64,000 nt of DNA from Naegleria gruberi (Eukaryota): NCBI GenBank assembly GCA_000004985.1, contig GG738860.1; one strand, written 5' to 3'. Below, piece by piece: positions 57,193-64,000 of this stretch. Numbering within the stretch: position 1 is the first letter of the stretch; every line of letters begins with the position of its first letter. Position numbers and translations under genes: made by a program. The notes under the pieces are model-generated. The model ran no database searches and had not been told where the DNA came from. It was given only the letters and a program-made list of their open reading frames with translations.

Positions 57193-60100
57193 ATGTTTGT
57201 TGTTTCCCCTTCCAAAAAAAAACAATCTCTACCCAAAAAATTGTACAAGTTTTACCTTAGACACTGTTTCCTTAGAGAAAACAACAAAAATATCAACACC
57301 AGCAGCACTCATCACTCTATTCAATCTATCTATTTGGTCATGAATAGTACATCTAATATTTTAGCCACGGGGGATGTATCGAGCAGTTTGGGAAGAGACT
57401 CTCGTTCATTTGAGAGAGGTTTCTTCTCCATGGCTACATCTCAGGCTCATGTGGGAGGAAGTGGTTCCATTGTTTCTAGTAATTCGAATGGTGATGGCTC
57501 CGATTCATTATCTGAATATACAAATTCTTCCATTGTGGCCAGTTTTGAGGAGAAGATTTCCACATTAATCTTGAGTCTACAACAACATTCAGGCTTGAAA
57601 GAAACAAATTGGTGGAACTTTTTCTTTACACTTTTCTATCATTGTATTGTTATATGGAGTATGGTATTTCTTCCGTCCATAGACGAGAGAGGTATGAATT
57701 GGGATGCCAATGGAAAGTGGTTGTGGAGAGCAACCAATTATTTAGTAACTCTCTCCCTCAATATTTCTTCCTTTGATGTTGTCATTGGTATTCTGGTGGG
57801 TTTCTTTGTTATTATTACTACATGTATTATCATGGTAGGTGTATCATATAAGGCCATCCAATCAACGAGCAAATATTGGAATAGAATCAAGGTGATCACA
57901 AGAGTAGTATTGGGCTTTCTTCTTTTAACTTCAATGATTTATTCCTATGTCTATAGTTTGATTCTGTCATGTAATTATGGCACCAAAGTTCAATTAGTTG
58001 TTAATGAACAAACTGTGGAGGTTTTGCGAGACTTTCAACTTGTGGCTTGTACAAGCTCTATGAATTCTGCTTTCATTGCTGTGGGTGGTTTCTTTTTCAT
58101 TGTTTTACTAGTACTAAACATACTAGCAACACTAGTTCTCTTTGACAACAATCCAACGAGTAAGAATTGGTTTTGTGCAGAGACCAACCTTGCCTTTATT
58201 CCAATAGTACCATTGAGTAGCGTTTTTATTATCCTGATGGGTGTGTTACCTAATCGAGCTTCATTTGCTTTTATTCTTCCAATTATTTACATTGTTTTTT
58301 CTCTAGGATATATTGTATTCTTCTTCTACATGTTACCCTTCTACCGAAGAATGGAGAACTCTATATATGTTGGATTTCATTTTGCTAGGTTAGGATCTGC
58401 TATTGGTTATTTAATTTCTAGTATTGTAAATAACATCTCAGGAGTATCAGACACTGTGAAATTAGGCATGTTGGGAGTTGTATTGGGACTGGCTATTATA
58501 TTTGCAATTTCTGCCTTTTTTGCATGTGAATTGTACTTGAGATTGGCTTGTGCCTCCATTAGACAAATTTTAACTGAAAGTGAGCTCTCCAAAGATGAAA
58601 AAACTGGAGGAGGAAGTGTAGCTGTCAATATTGAACGAGATGCAACATTCCTCTATCAAATTATAGAATCTCAAGGCAAACTAAGACAATTGAAATTATT
58701 CTTCCGTTTCTGCAAGTCTTACAAGAAGATGGTTGGTGATGATATATACACTGATCTGGACTCATGTCTCAGATTAATTAAGGGGTTATTTTCTCAGAGA
58801 ACCACCAGTAAGATGCCTTTTGGTGTTTTACTTTCCTCTGCTGTTATTGTTGCCTATTTTAATCCAATTATTGTATTGAGTATTTCAGTTTCAACAACAA
58901 TGCTAAAGAGAGCTCAAAAACAAGTGCACAACATTATTGGAAGATATCTTGTCTTGGAGAAGACTAAAGATTTTGAGTTCCTCTATGGTAAGGATGCATC
59001 TGGTAAAAACATTATGGAAATTAAGAATTTGATTTCCAAATTAGAAAGGAAGCAATTAATTATTCATTATTTACACAAGGCCTTTTGGAAAGAATTTATT
59101 CAAAACGATCAGATTGATGTTGGTAAGGTGGAGAGTATTAATAGACAAATTACCTCCCTCACTTTATCTTGTAACAGTTCGTACGAGGCTCTCTCACAAA
59201 GTTATCCAAGTGACAAGACTATAATCAGATCTCATGCAAGATTTGTTGAAGAATGTTTATTTCAACCTGAAAGTGCTAATGAAATGTTCCAAGAAGCTCA
59301 GCAAATTGAAGAAGAAGAAACTGTTAATGCAAGAAAGTTCTTACAAAAGAATAGGACAAATAAGATTGTTCCAACCATGTCCACTCTAATAATTGATCAT
59401 TCAACTGAGCAAATGAAACAAAATCCAATTAATTCGTCAATGGACCACGATGACGATATTGAAAATGAAAGATTTGATGGTGTTGAAAATACAGAGTCAG
59501 CCACCAAAAAGGTAGACTTGCTATTCAGATCCTCCCTTGCCTATTCTATGAAAAATCAAATTCAACTTTCATCATTTATTGTATTTTCCATTATTTCAGT
59601 AATCTTATTATTGTGTGGTATGATTTTGAGCATTGTAATCTCCTTAAATGTTTCGGGAGATATTTATTTATCCAAAGATATATGTATGCCGGCTGCTGTA
59701 CCACTTGGGTTAACAAGAAGAGTAAGAGAGAAACAAGCAAGAATGACACTTCTCCCTTCTGATATGGAATGGCAAGCTAATCATGTTTCAAAATTGCAAA
59801 ACTTTTTCAAAACTCTTCACACGTTACAAGATTTGAGTAGCACTAATGAGATATCTCCTGCAGTAAGAGCTGATTATGTAAAGAACACAAGAAAATATCG
59901 TCAACCATTGTTGATTTATTCAGACACCAATGTGAATGTTTGGAAGAATTATTCAATTGATAGAAATATTTCTGTTGCAGATATTACAACTTCACTGATC
60001 AATAACTGTGAAGTGATGATTGATTATACTGATGAACAATACAATCATACTGCTGATAGTATGAATTTCATGTACCTATACCTTAATAGAATTAACTTTA

Positions 60101-62444
60101 GTTTAGGATATGAAACATTTTGTAATGAATTCTTGCTTAGAAATCAAGAAAAGAGTACCATGTACAGAGATACCTTCCTTATTTACTATGCATCTTCAAC
60201 TGCCTTGTACGTATTGTGTGCTCTTGTCATGATTCTAGCTACCAATTATTTCCTGTCCTCCCTAAAAGATGCAATCAAGTTGATAGACAAACGTATTCCA
60301 AAAGATAAGATAGGAAAGATTTATCAAACTTTGAATACAAAGATTAATGACGACATGCAAATAGGAAATTCCGGTTTGTTTGCTACGCTTACTAAACCAA
60401 ATAATCTTATTGCTATATTAGTTATTTCTATCATAGTGGTTACAGTTGGATGTGTTTCATTATTCTTTGTTGAGACTACCATTAATTCTCAATTTTCTGC
60501 AAACGCCATTCAAAATATTCAAGCCAGTGTGGTAATTATCATGACTTCACAACGTATTGGTTTGAGATTACAGGAAATTTTCATTTATGGTGTGAAGGAT
60601 ATATCTAGCAGCTTGCCATTAAAGAAATCCACCTTAACTTCAGCCACTGAACTTCAAAATTTCCATGAAGACCACAAAAACTTGGTCACTCTTATTAGAA
60701 CTAAATGGAATGGTTTACTTTATGGTACAGAAGATAATGACTATCAAAAATTGACAGGTGTTTATCAAAAGATTGATAATATCATTAATGGTATTGATGA
60801 TCGTAATCAAACAAGTTTGATTAATGGTACATCTAGTTGTGAAAGTTTGTCTGATCTCATTACTTATATCCTTAACTCGGGCACTTTATTCAATGAAGAC
60901 GTTTATTACAATCCAAACAAGTACACTGGTCCACAAGTATTTGCATGGTCTCAACAATTGTTTTTCAAAATAGATCACTTGGGAGAATCTCTTACTAAAT
61001 TTATTGAAGCATATTCCAATTATGCAAAGAATCCATCCCTTGCCATTACAATTTCTTTCTTTATATTTGGTTTCATAGCTCTGATTGTTTTGATTTATAT
61101 CACCTATACATCAATGAGATCTTTCTGGGATGAATACAAACAGTTTAGAATAATGTTGAACTTTTTCCCAAGTGACTTGTTGGATGATGAGGTATTGAAA
61201 AAGTTTATTCTCCACAAGGAACTTCCATCAAAAATACAAATCAAGAAGAAACAAACTTCAGCTGCAAGTGGATCAGAAATTAATGACGTAATGCACAGTT
61301 CTGTAGACGGAACAGTAATGTGTAATGAAAAGGGTGAAATTTGCTTATTCAATCCTGTAGTGGAAAGTTTCTTCAGTCTCAAAAGTGGAGATGTAGTAGG
61401 ATTGAATGTTTTAACACTTTTTAGTGAACCTTATCATGGACCAATCAGTAAAGTTATGAACCACTTGATTGACAAGTCTATAACAAAGGGAGAATCTCAT
61501 GAAGTGGAATGTGTAAGAAAGAATCAATCCTATTTCCCTGCAAGAGTTAACATTTTTGCAAGCCATGCCAAGATTATTTTCATTATTAGAGACATTACTG
61601 CTGAAAAGAAACAAAACATCCTTCTTGAAGAAGAGAAGAAAAAATCCGAGTCCTTATTGAGAAACATCCTTCCAGAGGAGGTGGCCAAACGTTTAAAGTC
61701 AGGTGAAACATTTATTGCCGATAATTTTCCTGATATTACATGTTTCTTTTCTGATATGGTAGGATTTACAGCAATTAGTTCCACAATGACAGCCACTGAT
61801 CTCGTTAAAATGTTGAATACTATTGTGAATGGATTTGATGATTTAACAGACTTCTATAAATTGGAAAAGATCAAGACTATTGGTGGTAAGTTTTTAGTGA
61901 TTATATTTTAAATAACTATTGAGTAGATGCTTACTTTTGTATTGGAGGTATTTCTGTTGGTCACACATCAAGCGATCACCCAGAAAAGGTTTTAAAGTTT
62001 GCCATTGATGTTTTTAATGTTCTAAAGAGTTATAATTCTCAAAATTTTGACAAGCAAATTAATATTAGAGCTGGATTAAATACAGGTAGTGCTGTTGCAG
62101 GAGTAATTGGTAAACGAAAATTTGCTTTTGGTAAGTTGGAATAGTTACTGAGCTTGGATTTTAATATTTTACAAGACTTGTGGGGAGACGCGATTAACAC
62201 CGCTTCTAGAATGGAAAGTACATCTGAAACTGGAAGAATTCAAGTTAGTAGATCAACTTATGAAAGAGTATACGATTTGGGATACTCATTTGAGGAAAGA
62301 GAGCAAAATGTTAAAGGAAAAGGAATGATGAAATGTTATTTATTAGACAAGTCCCATCATGTTGATCCAATTGTAAGGGATAACTTTACTACAACAGATT
62401 TTTCTGATGTCGACAGCAAGGATGATCAAATTGTGTACAAGTAG
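57193..62444 (+). CDS. large multi-pass membrane protein with PAS domain and C-terminal class III adenylyl/guanylyl cyclase catalytic domain; exons 57193-61885, 61927-62130, 62176-62444
   Basis: More than 12 hydrophobic helices. PAS: VDGTVMCNEKGEICLFNPVVESFFSLKSGDVVGLNVLTLFSEPYHG...ARVNIFASHAKIIFIIRDITAEK. Cyclase: FFSDMVGFTAISS...LEKIKTIG|DAYFCIGG...RAGLNTGSAVAGVIGKRKFAF|DLWGDAINTASRMESTSETGRIQVS. Introns of 41 and 45 nt (GTAAGT...AG). Confidence 0.8.
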
Positions 62445-64000
62445 GCCATCAAATAAATATCAACAACAAGATAATCCTTCTATTGTTTTTCTCAACTACC
62501 TTTCTTTAATTGAGAAGTTTCCTTATCAACAAATTCAGATAAATAGTAAACTTTGGAAAGTATAAATTATGATTTTCTATGGTTTTCTGAAAAGCAGCTA
62601 TTTTGATATGAGCTGATGAAATACCTTCTATCTCAATTAATTTGACAGATATTGAAATAATAAATTGTACAGAGAGAGAGTATATCACTGGGAATCTATC
62701 TTCTTCTAATGAATGTTTCTCATCCCTTATTCATTGGATAAAATAGTAAAGTATCACAAATATTAAAAGTAAAATATATAATAGTGAAAATTACAGTAAA
62801 AGATAAACATCTGGTAGAGAATGGATGACATGCTATTCGTGATGTTGCAGTGAGAAGTCATTATCCAAATCATGAGAAAAACAATAACAACATGAAAATA
62901 TCAGATATCCACGATTTTCAGAAATTATGCTACAAGACTCGAAATTATACATTTAATAACATAATAAACATTATGAATTGTTGTTTTATTGTTGTTTGAT
63001 TTGTAATTGGGCTATGAATCAACTCTGGTAGCATCAAATATCGGAATTTGGTAAATTGACAACATGACGAAAATCTGATAATAAATATGATGTTTATTAT
63101 CTATTTAAATAGTAGTACTAAAAGACATGATTCAAGTTGGTGAAGTACATGTTGAGTTATGATCCATGTACTTTTTCAAAATTCACATCTACCTATCCCT
63201 ATCATAACTTGACCAAAATTGATAAGAGAAAGTTCTCCTACCTACTATTGACCATTCCGAACAATACTACATTGACAGTTTTCCAACTTGTCCAGTAGAT
63301 CCAGCAGTGATGATGAATTTAGTGAAAATTTTGACATTGCACCAAAATTACATTACTAAAAATTAATTTCCACAAATACTATTATTATATTGATGGAAAA
63401 CAATAATGATGGTTGGTGAATGATCCGATGATGGAACACCAAATTGTGATTTTCCATCATGAAAAATAAATTCCAATTTCATGATGATAATCCACCAATA
63501 AAAATTACTATTATTACTACTATATAGATCATGTTGAGATGATGATGTGAAAGTTTGGTGGTTTCATGATGTAAAACCACTCCGAAAATCATCATGCCCA
63601 TAGAGGACCATTTGGTGAATATTTTTTGATTCTTATCTTGGTCTAGGGAAGATTGTCATAATTACGACCCTCACTTTTTGACCCACCCAACCTCACTGTA
63701 AGATCGTCCCAACAAATCCTGGCCACTGCATGTGAGCTTTTTCACACATGTTACCGCTGAAAGTTGAATGTTCTGACCGTTAAATATTCAACAAAAAAAA
63801 CAACAAACAACAATTACCCATGATTTCATCACCACCCTGCTAACTACCAACATCAGTACCAGGAGGAGAGTTCTCCCTTTGCCTCCTTCCACATCAGCCA
63901 TAGCACATTCAACCATAACAATCCAGATGAATGCCTGCCCAAAGTTGTTGGTACACAAACAATCAAGAACCCAGAAGTACTTGTTGCTAGCAGAACAAGT

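Noticed and set aside
1-64000. CRISPR arrays, prokaryotic operons, rRNA genes, integrases/transposases
   Set aside because: Nothing of the kind is present. No direct-repeat/spacer arrays, no Shine-Dalgarno-spaced operons; genes are spliced and monocistronic.

Overview
This 64-kb window is AT-rich (roughly 70% A+T) eukaryotic nuclear DNA, not a prokaryotic or viral locus. Genes sit on both strands, most about 1-3 kb, separated by short intergenic spacers. Many carry very short spliceosomal introns of 41-190 nt with GTAAGT/GTATGT donors and (Y)AG acceptors. Several proteins have poly-Asn/Thr/Ser/Gln tracts, and there are two N-gaps (50126-50624, 56327-56518), so this is a draft scaffold. The ORF track calls TTG/GTG starts as M and omits ORFs that run off the window edge; I corrected several gene models by hand-splicing. 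I support about 38 protein-coding genes and 2 tRNAs. Identifiable products are: an R2-like ribonucleotide reductase subunit; a Ctf18/RFC1-like clamp loader; a 119-aa hemerythrin; two STE7-like MAP2Ks; several F-box/LRR proteins, one fused to MATH domains; ATG8; a DRG GTPase; a mitochondrial-type thioredoxin; an MDR quinone oxidoreductase; two MFS/GPH transporters; an EBP sterol isomerase; a BTB protein; a WD40 protein; a Gal4-type Zn2Cys6 factor; a Pol-beta-fold nucleotidyltransferase; a 7TM-RGS protein; and two class III nucleotidyl-cyclase-family receptor genes, one of them a catalytically degenerate pseudo-cyclase. There are no CRISPR arrays, rRNA genes or obvious transposons. My best guess for the source is a free-living amoeboid protist, possibly a Naegleria-like heterolobosean, based on the 119-aa Nfa1-like hemerythrin, PAS-cyclases, RNI-like LRRs and micro-introns; this is inference only. 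The most interesting material is the pair of cyclase-family receptors, the non-fungal Zn2Cys6 factor, the ligand-deficient R2 paralogue, the 7TM-RGS fusion, a duplicated transporter 3' fragment and an intron-containing tRNA-Thr. Several apparent frameshifts at homopolymers or microsatellites look like assembly indels.
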